Notes: generated by a model not told the origin, from the letters alone. A stretch of 64,000 nt of DNA from Mobula hypostoma (GCF_963921235.1 NC_086100.1:203424001-203488000); one strand, 5' to 3'. Counted from the first letter of the stretch, positions 14,516 through 27,325 are shown. Made by a program: numbers and translations.

Positions 14516-17343
14516 CAAACAACAGGAATTCTGCAGATGCTGGAAATTCAAGCAACACACATCAAAGTCGCTGGTGAATGCAGCAGGCCAGGCAGCATCT
14601 CTTGGAAGAGGGACAGTCGACATTTCAGGCCGAGACCCTTCATCAGGACTAACTGAAGGAAGAGTTAGTAAGAGATTTGAAAGTTGGAGGGGGAGGTGGA
14701 GATCCAAAATGATAGGAGAAGACAGGACGGGGAGGGATGGAGCCAAGAGCTGGACAGGTGATTGGCAAAAGGGATACGATAGGATCATGGGACAGCAGGC
14801 CCGGGGAGAAAGACAAGGGGGGGGGGAACCCAGAGGATGGGCAAGGGGTATAGTCAGAGGGACAGAGGGAGAAAAAGGAGAGTGAGAGAAAGAATGTGCG
14901 TATAAGAATAAGTAACAGATGGGGTATGAGGGGGCGGTGGGGCATTAGCGGAAGTTAGAGAAGTTGATGTTCATGCCATCAGGTTGGAGGCTACCCAGAT
15001 GGAATATAAGGTGTTGTTCCTCCAACCTGAGTGTGGCTTCATCTTTACAGTAGAGGTGGCCGTGGATAGACATGTCAGAATGGGAATGGGATGTGGAATT
15101 AAAATGTGTGGCCACTGGGAGATCCTGCTTTCTCTGGTGGACACAGCGTAGGTGTTCAGCAAAGAGGTCTCCCAGTCTGCGTTGGGTCTCGCCAATATAT
15201 GAAAGGCCACCTCGGGAGCACCCGACACAGTATATCACCGCAACCGACTCACAGCTGAAGTGTTGCCTCACCTGGAAGGACTGTTTGGGGCCCTGAATGG
15301 TGGTAAGGGAGGAAGTGTAAGGGCATATGTAGCACTTGTTCCGCTTACACGGATAAGTGCCAGGAGGGAGATCAGTGGGGAGGGATGGGGGCGAAGAATG
15401 GACAAGGGAGTCGCGTAGGGAGCAATCCCTGCGGAAAGCAGAGTGGGCGGGGGAGGGAAAGATGTGCTTAGTGGTGAGATCCCGTTGGAGGTGGCGGAAG
15501 TTACGGAGAATAATATGTTGGACCCAGAGGCTGGTGGGTTGGTAGGTGAGGACCAGGGGAACCCTATTCCTAGTGGGGTGGCGGGAGGATGGAGTGAGAG
15601 CAGATGTACGTGAAATGGGGGAGATGCGTTTAAGAGCAGAGTTGATAGTGGAGGAAGGGAAGCCCCTTTCTTTAAAAAAGGAGGACATCTCCCTCGTCCT
15701 AGAATGAAAAGCCTCATCCTGAGAGCAGATGCGGCAGAGACGGAGGAATTGCGAGAAGGGGATGGCGTTTTTGCAAGAGACAGGGTGAGAAGAGGAATAG
15801 TCCAGATAGCTGTGAGAGTCAGTAGGCTTATAGTAGACATCAGTGGAAAAGCTGTCTCCAGAGACAGAGACAGAAAGATCTAGAAAGGGGAGGGAGGTGT
15901 CGGAAATGGACCAGGTAAACTTGAGGGCAGGGTGAAAGTTGGAGGCAAAGTTAATAAAGTCAACGAGCTCTGCATGCGTGCAGGAAGCAGCGCCAATGCA
16001 GTCGTCGATGTAGCGAAGGAAAAGTGGGGGACAGATACCAGAATAGGCACGGAACATAGATTGTTCCACAAAGCCAACAAAAGGGCAGGCATAGCTAGGA
16101 CCCATACGGGTGCCCATAGCTACACCTTTAGTTTGGAGGAAGTGGGAGGAGCCAAAGGAGAAATTATTAAGAGTAAGGACTAATTCCGCTAGACGGAGCA
16201 GAGTGGTGGTTGAGGGGAACTGATTAGGTCTGGAATCCAAAAAGAAGCGGAGAGCTTTGAGACCTTCCTGATGGGGGATGGAAGTATATAGGTACTGGAC
16301 ATCCATGGTGAAAATAAAGCGGTGGGGGCCAGGGAACTTAAAATCATCGAAAAGTTTAAGAGCGTGAGAAGTGTCACGAACATAGGTAGGAAGGGATTGA
16401 ACAAGGGGGGGATAAAACCGTGTCGAGGTATGCAGAAATGAGTTTGGTGGGGCAGGAGCAAGCTGAGACAATAGGTCGGCCAGGACAGGCAGGTTTGTGG
16501 ATCTTGGGTAGGAGGTAGAAACGGGAAGTGCGAGGTGTGGGAACTATAAGGTTGGTGGCAGTGGATGGGAGATCCCCTGAGCGGATAAAGTCGGTGATGG
16601 TGTGGGAGACAATGGCCTGGTGCTCCTTAGTGGGGTCACGATCGAGGGGTAAATAAGAGGAGGTATCCGTGAGTTGTCGCTGTGCCTCGGCAAGGTAGAG
16701 GTCAGTACGCCAGACTGCAACAGCACCCCCCTTATCAGCGGGTTTAATAATAAGGTTAGGATTAGTGCGGAGGGAGTGGAGAGCAGAGCGTTCCGAAGGA
16801 GTGAGGTTGGAATGGGGACAAGGTGCGGTGAAGTCGAGAGGGTTAATGTCCCGTCGGCAGTTAGCGATAAAGAGATCCAGAGCAGGCAGAAGACCAGAGC
16901 GGGGTGTCCATGAAGAAGAGGAGGGTTGAAGACGGGAGAAGGGGTCATCGGTGGGGGTGGAAGAGTCCTCGCCGAAGAAGTAGGCTCGGAGACGGAGACG
17001 GCGGAAGAAGAGTTCCGCATCATGGCGAATGCGGAACTCGCTGAGGTTTGGGCGAAGGGGGACAAAGGTGAGGCCCTTACTGAGGACAGAGCGCTCTGCC
17101 TCCGACAGTTGAAGGTCGGAGGGGATGGTAAAGACCCGGCACGGATGAGATCTGGGATTAGACGGGGGAGGGGGGAGGCTGGGGGTGTCAATGGAGAGGG
17201 GAGGGTTGGGGTGAGAGGAAGATGGAGCCTCTGAGGACCCAGGAGCTGACGATGGGATCTGAAGGAGATGGGATTGTAGAGTGGTGTTGGGGGAAGGGGA
17301 GACGGGAGTCACAATAGCAGCACATAAAGACCCGGCCTGGACT
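14516..17343 (-). mobile_element. Penelope-like element (RT + GIY-YIG), 5'-truncated, in TRIM intron 1
   Basis: ORFs 16374-17369 and 14945-16471: IIKPADKGG, FTMDVQ.LYTSI, GVAMGTRMGP, RYIDD, YIGET.RRL...F.EH; 3' pseudo-LTR; 12-bp TSD TCTAAGACGAGA at 14504-14515 and 17344-17355. Confidence 0.95.
14615..14650 (-). ncRNA. Minimal hammerhead ribozyme (Penelope pseudo-LTR)
   Basis: Minus strand AGTC-CTGATGA-AGGGTCTCGGCCT-GAAA-TGTC-GACT. Confidence 0.75.
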
Positions 17344-17707
17344 TCTAAGACGAGAGGATATTTGACCATGGAAGAAACGGGAGGAATTGGGACTCTTTGG
17401 GGTCCTGAGTGGTGGTGAGTGAGGCGTTGTAGGAGTCAGGTGTAGCACTTGTCCCGCTTGCAGGTAACAGTGCCAGGAGGGAGATCAGTGGGGAGGAGCG
17501 AGTGGATAAAGGAGTTACGGTACGTAAAGAGCGATCCCTACAGAGCGCGGAGAGTTGTGGGGAGGGGAGGCGTGGCTGGGCTGTCGGAGGGGATCGTGCT
17601 GGAGATGGCGAAAGTTACAGGGAATGATGTGTTAGGTGTGAAGGCTCCTGTCTTTCTAGGCAGAAGAATGGAGGATGGGGTGAGGATCAAATTCGGGTTA
17701 GTTTTAC

Positions 17708-18118
17708 CTTGTAGATTTTAACAGCTTCTTTAATCGGCATGAAGCGGTGCTCTCTGTGTTCCTGCGCAACTGCACAGATCAGACAGATCGGTGTCTTGTC
17801 CGTTTCACAAAACAGCTTCAGTTCTTCCTCATGTTCCTCGCATTGATGTTTACTTTCCTTCCCTTTCAGATTCAGCTTTAGATTTCGAGCTTTTTCAGCC
17901 AGATTTACTAAGGCCTTATTGCCCCTGAGGGTGCGGTCAGCAAACACCTCTCTACATTCCGGGCAGGAGTTTCTATCCTCCCTATCCCAAAGCCGTGTGA
18001 TACAAGAGCGACAGAAGTTGTGCCCACACTCCAGGATAACCGGATCGGTGAAGAAATCCAGGCAGATGGAACAAATTGCCTCCTCAGTCCAACTCTCGGT
18101 TGGTCCTTTCGAAGCCAT
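17708..18118 (-). CDS. TRIM E3 ubiquitin ligase, exon 1 (RING + B-box2)
   Basis: ATG at 18118 gives MASKGPTESWTEEAICSICLDFFTDPVILECGHNFCRSCI...CPECR (C3HC4 RING) and CEEHEEELKLFCETDKTPICLICAVAQEHREH (B-box). Ends at donor AAG|GTAAAA; 411 nt, phase 0. Confidence 0.95.
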
Positions 18119-18130
18119 GTTAACTCCCAG

Positions 18131-18160
18131 CACTTCCCGATTCAGAATGCTTTCACTTTC
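18131..18160 (-). promoter_or_regulatory. IRF-binding/ISRE element plus ETS-like site upstream of TRIM ATG
   Basis: Minus strand GAAAGTGAAA at 18160-18151 and GGGAAGTG at 18138-18131, within 45 nt of the start codon. Confidence 0.7.
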
Positions 18161-19199
18161 GGGGAGCTGCGGATCCCCTGCAGTACCGCGAGTGTCCACT
18201 ACACGCGCTGCAGACTCGGGCAATGAACATTATGCAGCTGGATGTGTTCACTTGCAAATAATACAGTCGTGGTAATTTCCATATCAGGGTGAGTTCAGCA
18301 ACACCTTAAACAGGTCTGATCATAAATGATAATTCAGCCATGGACTGCCTAAGCGCGGCTGCGAAAGGGGCGGCGTTGGGCATGTGTCTTGCAATCTTAT
18401 CCCGGTAAAATGGCAGTGCGACAGAAGTGTCAAGTGAACCCCCAAAGGGCTCATCCCTGGGATCGGAAGGACTTCCCCTGGAAGACGATTGAAGTCCTGA
18501 GGTGAAAGGAGAAGACACAGGGCCGATAACCTTCGCCTTGGACAGAGCTGCTGATGGAGGCCTGTGTCCCAGTAGGCGTGATGGGCTAAAGAAGATGCAG
18601 AATGGAACTGAAGCCGGAGGGAGGATTCTGGTTCAGTCTCAGGCAGGACCGAAAGGGAGGCACAAGGACTGCTGACGCTAGAGTCTCAAGTAAGAGAAGT
18701 GATGCTGGAGGGACTGACAGAGTCAGGCAGCATCTTTGGGGAGAAATGTACAATCGACTTCTCGGGTTGAGATCCTTCATTTGGCTTGTCTCAATCCGAA
18801 ATGCCGAATGTTTATTTCCCTCCGCAGATGCTGCCTGACCCGTTGAGTTCCTCCAGTCTTTCGTTGTTATTAAAAAAAAAATCCCGACGTGTAAAGAGAG
18901 TCAGACAGGGGTGTAAACCGGGGTTAAATAACCATTTAAAACATCTATTAAATTAGTTCATGCCATGAAAGTAGGGTTGTGGAGAGAATATTGTACTCTG
19001 AGGAGACAGATGCAGTGGTGATGACCGACCCGTGGCTACAGGGAAAAAACACAGGACTGGACATTCCATGTCACAGGGTGGAAAACATTATTTTGTTCGG
19101 TGAAGTCTAGAAGAAACTTTCTTACTTTACCCATGTTTGTCCCAGCTCCAATCGAAGGCCAGTTTCCATAACTCTGGACAGAGCCCAGAAGTTGATGAG

Positions 19200-19478
19200 T
19201 TTTTTTTAAAGAAAATAAGCTTTATTCGCTATGAAATATTCACAAAGATAAAGCGTGCAATGTCCTTACCCAAAGATCGGTGAGCCCTCTGTCACGCAGC
19301 TGCTGTGGCACGGGCTCTTGCATCTTTCTCCACATATCTTCGCCAGCCCACAGGCCGCAAAGAGGCGAGTGACCGTCTGGTCTCCAGTGCAGTAACCTCG
19401 GGACAGCGCCGTGTGGGAGTGATCCTCGGGCATGCAGCAAGGATCAGACTGCGAGAGCCCCTCTCGCCGCCAGCCACG
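19200..19478 (-). mobile_element. Tx1-like LINE 3' fragment
   Basis: WLAARGALAV.SLLHAR.ITPTRRCP-like C-terminus, AATAAA and A-rich tail. Confidence 0.55.
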
Positions 19479-21059
19479 TAAGGTTTGGCACTATGATCAA
19501 ATTAGTTCATCGCCCTCCTGATGAACCTACGCAGCATAGTGGATTCGGCCCAGTACATCACGGGTGGAGCCCAACCAGCCACTGAGCACATCTACATGAA
19601 ACTATCGTCCATCATCAGAGATGCTCACCACCCAGACCAGGCTCTTTTCTCGCTGCTGCAATCAGGTAGAAGCTGCAAGAGCCTCAGGTCACTCACCACC
19701 AGGTTCAGGAACAACCCCTCAACCATCAGGCTCGGAAACAATACAGGATAACTGCACTCACTTGCCGTCTATCGAGATGCTCCCAGAACCAATTGTCGTA
19801 TCAAAATGAGTGAAACCAGAGGTGCTTTGACTGAGACAGATCGCTTTGGGTCTGTCTCAGAATTAGAGAAGTAAAAGGGACAGGCACAATCTCATAGGAT
19901 ATTGACAGGGTTGGGACGGGAATGATGTTTCCCCTGGCTGGGCTGTGGAACCATGGTTCACAGACTTAATATCACCGTTCACCTCAGCGGGACTGAGATG
20001 AGGAGAAATTTCCTCACCAGCGCAGTGAATCTTTGGAATTTTCTCCACAGGGTTTCTAAATTTAATACACATATTTTGGGGCTCAGCGCTGATGGGGACA
20101 TTGCAGGAAAGTGGTGCTGAGGTCAAAGGTCAGACGTGGAGCGGGTTCAGATGAGGTTCACAAGGATGATTCCAGGAATGAAAGGGTTGTTATACGAGGC
20201 ATATTTGATGGCTCTGGGTCTGTACTCGGTTGAATTCAAAAGGGAGAGGGGAATCTGATTGAAATATTTTGAAAGTTAACAGGTAGACAGAGTAGATGTG
20301 GAAAGGATGTTTCCCATGGTGGGGGAGTGTAGGACAAAAGGGCACAGACTCAGGATAGAGGGGCGCCCTTTCAAAACTGAGAATCGGAGAAATGTCTTCA
20401 GACAAAGCGTGATGAATTTGTGGAATTTGTAGCCACATGCATCTGTAGAGACTAGCTCGTTGGGTGTCATTAAGGCAGAGATTGACAGGTTCTTGATTCG
20501 ACATGACATCAAAAGATACGGAGAGAAGGCTGGGAATTGGTGTTGAGGAGGGGAAATAAAAGATCAGGCATGACTGAACAGCGGAGCAGACTCGATGGGC
20601 CAGATGGCCTAATTCTGCCCCTATGTCTTATGGTCTTCTCGTCTTATGTTCCGGGTGAAGGGCAGAACAGGCGCAAGGAGCCGAATAGCCGCACCAACTC
20701 CTGTTTCTTATTTTACAAAACACGAGTTTACCTTTGCGCCTTGTTCTCCCTTGGCCTTCAGCCTGTGGATTGCATAGGGGAGCGGTGAGAGCTCCAGAGA
20801 TCCGTCGGCAGCCGCTGCGGTTATTTCATGTTCTCCTTATTTATTGCTATTCATTTATATTTGCATTTGCGCAGTTTGTTGTCGCCTGCACGCTGGCTGA
20901 TCTTTCACTGATCCAGTTATTGTTAATATTCTGCAGAATTTCTCCTTATTTCCGCAGCAAAATGCTTCTCGAGGTTGTATGTGGTGACTTACCTATACTC
21001 TGATGATAAAATTTACGTTGAACTTTGAGTTTCGGGGAAATTCCTTTGATTCTGAGAAC

Positions 21060-21620
21060 AAACTGCGACGGCCATCTCCAGCTCCCGGCAGCAGCCCGTC
21101 CTCAGACGAACTTACAGCCAATCAGCGGCACAGCTGGGAGAGTCTAGTTCCTATTGGCTGAGTGTCAGTGGACGGGATGCTGAACGTTCGGAGCGGCTCG
21201 AAGTTTAGAACGGGGAGCGAGTTGACCCGGGGACGGCCCGGAGACGGGAGCTACACTTCGGGTAAAGGACAACGCTGCAACACCGGCCGGGTGAATCCTT
21301 CCGATGGCAGAGGTGAAGAGACTGGCCGAGATTCTATGAGATGTTTCAGCTGCACGGAGGGTGTTCGGACTTTCCCCGCTGTGGATCGGGGCCTGTTGTC
21401 GGGAGTTACCTCCCAGACCTGTCTCCTGCCGCTGGGAGCCTGGATCTGGCCCGCAGCGGCCGCAGGTGGCTCTCCGGTGCTTTCACCGCTCCACTGTGCA
21501 ATCGGACAGCCCGAAGAACAAGGAAGAACAAGGCGCAAAGGTAAATTCGTGCTTTGGAAATAGGAAACAGCAGCAGGCGTGGCCAGTCGGCCCCTTGCCC
21601 GTGTTCTGCCTTTCACGCAG
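21060..21620. promoter_or_regulatory. CpG-rich promoter-like region with two opposed CCAAT boxes
   Basis: AGCCAATCAG (CCAAT 21118-21122), ATTGGCT (21153-21159), high CpG; plus-strand donor-like sites near 21262 and at 21541. Confidence 0.5.
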
Positions 21621-22289
21621 AACATGGCTGATCTTTGCCCTCAGCACCACTTTCCTGCAACGTTCCCATCTTCACTCAGCACTTAAATATGTCTTTTGAA
21701 TTTAGAAATCTTGTGGGAAAAATGCAATAATTCGCCGCACTCCTCGTCTAAGTCCTGTCAGCAGACATCGGATTTTGAGTCTGTGTCTCCTTCTTCAACG
21801 CGCAGTCAAGAGAAACATCATTCCTGCCCCAAGCCTGTCAATACCCTGTGAGACGGTGTCTGTTTCAGTCAGAACACTTGTTATTTCTCTAATTTTGAGA
21901 CAGTCCAGTCAGTGTAATCTCCCTGAGGACACTACCTCACACCACAAATCAATCTGGGAAATCTTCTCTTTATTCCCTTCATCCCACAGGCCGACTCTGG
22001 GAGGGAGACCAGACCTGTGCACAGTGTTCCATGTACACTTTCACCAGGACCCCATATACCTCCAGAGGAGATCTTTATTATTGACTTCAAACCTTCCTTC
22101 CCATTCAATGCTCTTCATTTAATATCGATCTCAAACAGTGAACAGATACAAAACACACTCAGCCATGAATTTAAAGGGCAGGTGTTGGAACAGTTTGAGC
22201 TTCATACCGGGGGCCACGGAGCAAGCAGGCAGTCACAAAGGGAGGAATGTGGGAGTGTTGTGTGTCTGAGCCCAGCGGTGTGTGTTTGT

Positions 22290-23530
22290 GTATCAGAATC
22301 AGGTTTAATATCACCGGCATATGTGGTGAAATTTGTTCTTTTGTGACAGCAGTACATTGCAAAATTACATTTGAAATGTAGTGCAAAAAGAGAAGGAAAA
22401 TACTGAGGAAGTGTTCTTGAGTTCATTGTCCATTCTGAAATCTGATGGTGGGGAAGAAGCTGTTTCTGAAAGGTTGAGTGTGTCTGCAGGGGCCTGTACA
22501 TCTTCCTTGATGTTATCAATGAGAAGAAGGGCTGTTCTGGGTGATCGATATCACCTGTTTGTGGCATCATCTTTTGAATGTGTCCTGGATGCTGTGGAGT
22601 CCAGTGTCCATGAAGGATCTGGCTTAATTTACAACTTTCTGCAGAATTTTCAGATCCTATGCAGTGGCCTCTCCACACCAGGCAGTGATGGAACCAGTTA
22701 GAATGCTCTCCACACTACATCTGTAGAAATTTGCAAGTGTCTTTAGTGACAAACTGATTCCCCTCAGCCTCCGAATGAAATATCGCCGATGTTGTGCAGC
22801 TGCATCAATATGTCGGGCCCAGGTAGTTCATCAGAGATGTTGACAGGCAGGAAATGGAAACTGCTCACCCTTTTCACTTCTGATCCCACGATGAGGACTG
22901 GTGTGTGTTCCCTCGACTTCCCCTTCCTGAATCCACAATCAATTCCTTTGTCTTAATGATGTTGAGTGCAAGATTGTTGCTGTGACACCACTCAACTTGC
23001 TGATCGATCTCACTCCTGTCCTCCTCCTCGTCACCATCTGAAATTCCACCAACAATAGTTGTGTCATCGGCAAGTTTATAGATGAGCCTGGCCACACAGA
23101 CGTGGGTGTAGAGCGAGTAGAGCAGTGGGCTGAGCACGCATCGTTGAGGTGTGCCAGTGTTGATTGTCAGCAAGGAGGAGATGTTATTTCTGATCCACAC
23201 ATACCGTGGTCCCCTGGTGAGGATCCAGTTGCAGAAGGAGGTACACAGGCCCAGGGTTTGGAGCTTGCTGAGTATCACAATTAAGAGAATGATTGTGTTG
23301 AATGCTGAGCTGTGATCAGCAGCCTGACTTGTGTATTCCTATTGCCCTGCTGATCTAAGGCTGAGTGAGGAGCCAGTGATATTGCATCTGTTGTAGACAT
23401 TGTGGCGATCGGCAAATTGCAGTGGGTCCAGGTCCATGCACAGACAGGAGTTGATTCCAGCCATGACCAACCCCTCAAAGCACTTCATCACAGTAGATGT
23501 GAGCACCACTGGTGACAATCATTGAGGCAG
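22290..23530 (-). mobile_element. Rex1/Babar- or L2-like LINE remnant
   Basis: [35 protein letters not shown]; aaacctgattctga tail. Confidence 0.75.
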
Positions 23531-23771
23531 CTGGTTTGATTGTCACCTTCAGAAACAGCTGTGTGTCTGTGTTTGTGCGTGCACACTTCAAACATTGATC
23601 CCAGTTTGTTTCAGGAATTTTTCCTGCAGCTGGGGTGATGCAAAAGAGAGACAACCATTCTGATCACAGCAAAATAATTTACCCAGTTGATACAGAACAC
23701 TTAGAAATTACAAACCACGTGTGTGTTTGAGAGAAGATTTAAATGCAGAATTCAAAATTTACAAAGTACAG

Positions 23772-26700
23772 AGAACATAGAATAGTACAGCACAGTACAG
23801 GACCTTGAGCACACAATGTTGTGCCGACCCTCAAACCCTGCCTCCCATATAACCCCCCACCTTAAATTCCTCCATATACCTGTCTAGTAGTCTCTTAAAC
23901 TTCACTAGTGTATCTGCCTCCACCACTGACTCAGGCAGTGTATTCCACACACCAATTACTCTCTGAGTAAAAAACCTTCCTCTAATATCCCCCTTGAACT
24001 TCCCACCCCTTACCTTAAACCCATGTCCTCTTGTACTGAGCAGTGGTGCCCTGGGGAAGAGGCACTGGCTATCCACTCTATCTATTTCTCTTAATATCTT
24101 GTATACCTCTATCATGTCTCCTCTCATCCTCCTTCTCTGCAAAGTGTAAAGCCCTAGCTTCCTTAATCTCTGATCATAATCCATACTCTCTAAACCAGGC
24201 AGCACCCTGGTAAATCTCCTCTGTACCCTTTCCAATGCTTCCACATTCTTCCTACAGTGAGGCGACCAGAACAGGACACAGTACTCCAAGTGTGGCCTAA
24301 CCAGAGTTTTATAGAGCTGCATTATTACCTCGCGACTCTTAAACTTTATCCTTCGACTTATGAGAGCTAACACCCCATAAGCTTTCCTAACTACTCTATC
24401 CACCTGTGAGGCAACTTTCAGATCCCTCAGCTCCTCCACACTACCAAGTATCCCGCCATTTACTTTGTACTCTGCCTTGGAGTTTGTCCTTCCAAAGTGT
24501 ACCACCTCGCACTTCTCCGGGTTGAACTCCATCTGCCATTTCTGAGCCCACTTCTGCATCCTATCAATGTCTCTCTGCAATCTTCGACAATCCTCTACAC
24601 TATCTACCTCACCACCAACCTTTGTGTCGTCTGCAAACTTGCCAACCCACCCTTCTACCCCGACATCCAGGTCTTAATAAAAATCACAAAAACTAGAGAT
24701 CCCGAAACCAATCCTTGTGGGACACCACTAGTCACAATCCTCCAATCTGAATGTACTCCCTCCACCACCACCCCCTGCCTTCTGCAGGCAAGCCAATTCT
24801 GAATCCACCTGGCCAAACTTCCCTGGATCCCATGCCTTCTGACTTTCTGAATAAGGCTACCGTGTGGAACCTTTTCAAATGCCTTATTAAAATCCATATA
24901 GATCACATCCACTGCACTACCCTCATCTATATGCCTGGTCACCTCCTCAAAGAACTCTTATCAGGCTTGTTAGACACAAGCTGCCCTTCACAAAGCCATG
25001 CTGACTGTCCCTGATCAGGCCATGATTCTCTAAATGCCCATAGTTTCTACCTCTAAGAATCTTTTCCAACAACTTTCCCACCACAGACATAAGGCTCACT
25101 GGTCTATAATTACCCGGACTATCCCTACTACCTTTTTTGAACAAGGGGACAACATTCGTCTCCCTCCAATCCTCCAGTATCAATCCCGTGGACAACGAGG
25201 ACATAAAGATCCCAGCCAGAGGCTCAGCAATCTCTTCCCTAGCCTCGTGGAGCAGCCTGGGGAATATTCCGTCAGGCACCGGGGACTTATCCGTCCTAAT
25301 GTATTTTAACAACTCCAACACCTCCTCTCCCTTAATATCAACATGCTTCAGAACATCAACCTCACCTATATTGTCCTCACCGTCATCAAGTTCCCTCTCA
25401 TTGGTGAATACCGAAGAAAAGTATTCATTGAGGACCTCGCTCACTTCCACAGCCTCCAGGTGCATCTTCCCACCTTTATCTCTAATCGGTCCGACCTTCA
25501 CTCCTGTCATCCTTTTTTTTCTTCACATAATTGAAGTATGCCTTGGGGTTTTCCTTTACCCTACTCACCAAGGCCTTCTCATGCCCCCTTCTTGCTCTTC
25601 TCAGCCCCTTCTTAAGCTCCTTTCTTGCTTCCCTATATTCCTCAATAGACCCATCTGATCTTTCCTTCCTAAACCTCATGTATGCTGCCTTCTTCCACCT
25701 GACTAGATTTTCCACCTCACTTGTCACCCATGGTTCCTTCACCTGACCATTCTTTATCTTCCTCACCGGGACAAATTTGTCCCTAACATCCCGCAGGAGA
25801 TCCCTAAACATCGACCACATGTCCATAGTACATTTCCCTGCAAAAACATCATCCCAATTCACACCCCGCAAGTTCTAGCCTTATAGCCTCCGCATTTGCC
25901 CTTCCCCAAATAAAAATCTTCCTGTCCTCTCCAATTCTATCCTTTTCCATGATAATGCTAAAGGCCAGGGAACGGTGGTCACAGTCCCCCAGATGCTCAC
26001 CCACTGAGAGATCTGTGACCTGACCCAGTTCGTTACCTAGTTCTAGATCTGGTATGGCATTCCCCCTGGTCGGCCTGTCCACATACTGTGACAGGAATCC
26101 ATCCTGTACACACTTAACAAATTCTGCCCCATGCAAACCCTTGGAACTAATCAGGTGCCAATCAATATTAGGGAAGTTGAAGTCACCCATGATAACAACC
26201 CTGTTATTTTTGCACCTTTCCAAAATCTGCCTCCCAATCTGCTCCTTGGGATCTCTGCTGCTACCAGGGGGCCTATAGAATACCCCCAGTAGAGTAACTG
26301 CTCCCTTCCTGTTCCTGACTTCCACCCATACTGACTCAAAAGAGGATCCTGCTACATTACCCACCCTTTCTGTAGCTGTAATAGTATCCCTGACCAGTAA
26401 TGCCACCCCTCCTCCCCTTTCCCCTCCTCTCTATCCCTTTTAAAGCACTGAAATCCAGGAATATTGAGAATGCATTCCTGCCCTGGTGCCAGCCAATTCT
26501 CTGTAATGGCCACTACATCATAATTCCATGTATGTATCCAAGCTCTCAGTTCATCACCTTTGTTCCTGATGCTTCTTGCATTGAAGTACACGCACTTTAG
26601 CCCTTCTACCTTACTATCTTTACACCATTTATTCTGCTTCTCTTTCCTCAAAGCCTCTCTATATGTTAGATCTGGCTTTACTCCATGCACTTCTTTCACT

Positions 26701-27325
26701 GCTCTATCGCTCCGGGTCCCACCCCCCTTGCAAATTAGTTTGAACCCTCCCGAACCATGCTGGCAAACCTACCTGCAAGGATATTGCTCCCCCTCGAGTT
26801 CAGGTGCAACCCTTCCAATCTGTACAGGTCCCACCCTCCCCAGAAGAGATCCCAGTGATCCAAAAATCTAAAACCCTGCTCCCTGCACCAACTCCTCAGC
26901 CACGCATTCAACTGCCATCTCCTCCAATTCTTACCATCACTGTCACGTAGCACTGGCAGCAACCCTGAGAACGCCACCCTTGAGGTCCTGTTCTTCAGCC
27001 TTCTGCCTAGTTCCCGAAACTCACACTTCAGGACCTCATTCCTCTTCCTGTCTATGTCGTTGCTAGCAACATGTATCATGACTTCTGATTGTTTTCCCTC
27101 TCGTACCAGGATGTCGTGCACCCGGTCAGAGACATCCCGGACCCTGGCACCCGGGAGGCAACAAACCATGCGGGTGTCCTTCTCACATCCACAAAATCTC
27201 CTGTCTGCTCCCCTGACTATAGAGTCTCCAATGACGACAGCTCTCCTCTTCTTCGTCCCACCCTTCTGCACCACAGGGTCAGACTCAGTGCCGGAGGCCC
27301 TGCCACCGTGGCTCACACCTGGTCG
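23772..27325 (-). mobile_element. Near full-length CR1 (esterase ORF1 + APE-RT ORF2, frameshifted)
   Basis: AVVIGDSIVRG...GLHLN (26735-27346); YFNARSIRNK, GDFNFP; RT and C-terminal domain down to 23831. Confidence 0.95.

Noticed and set aside
18119..18223. N-terminal extension of TRIM in ORF 17687-18223
   Set aside because: Starts at a non-ATG codon and overlaps the IRF element; MASK at 18118 is the expected start for this family.
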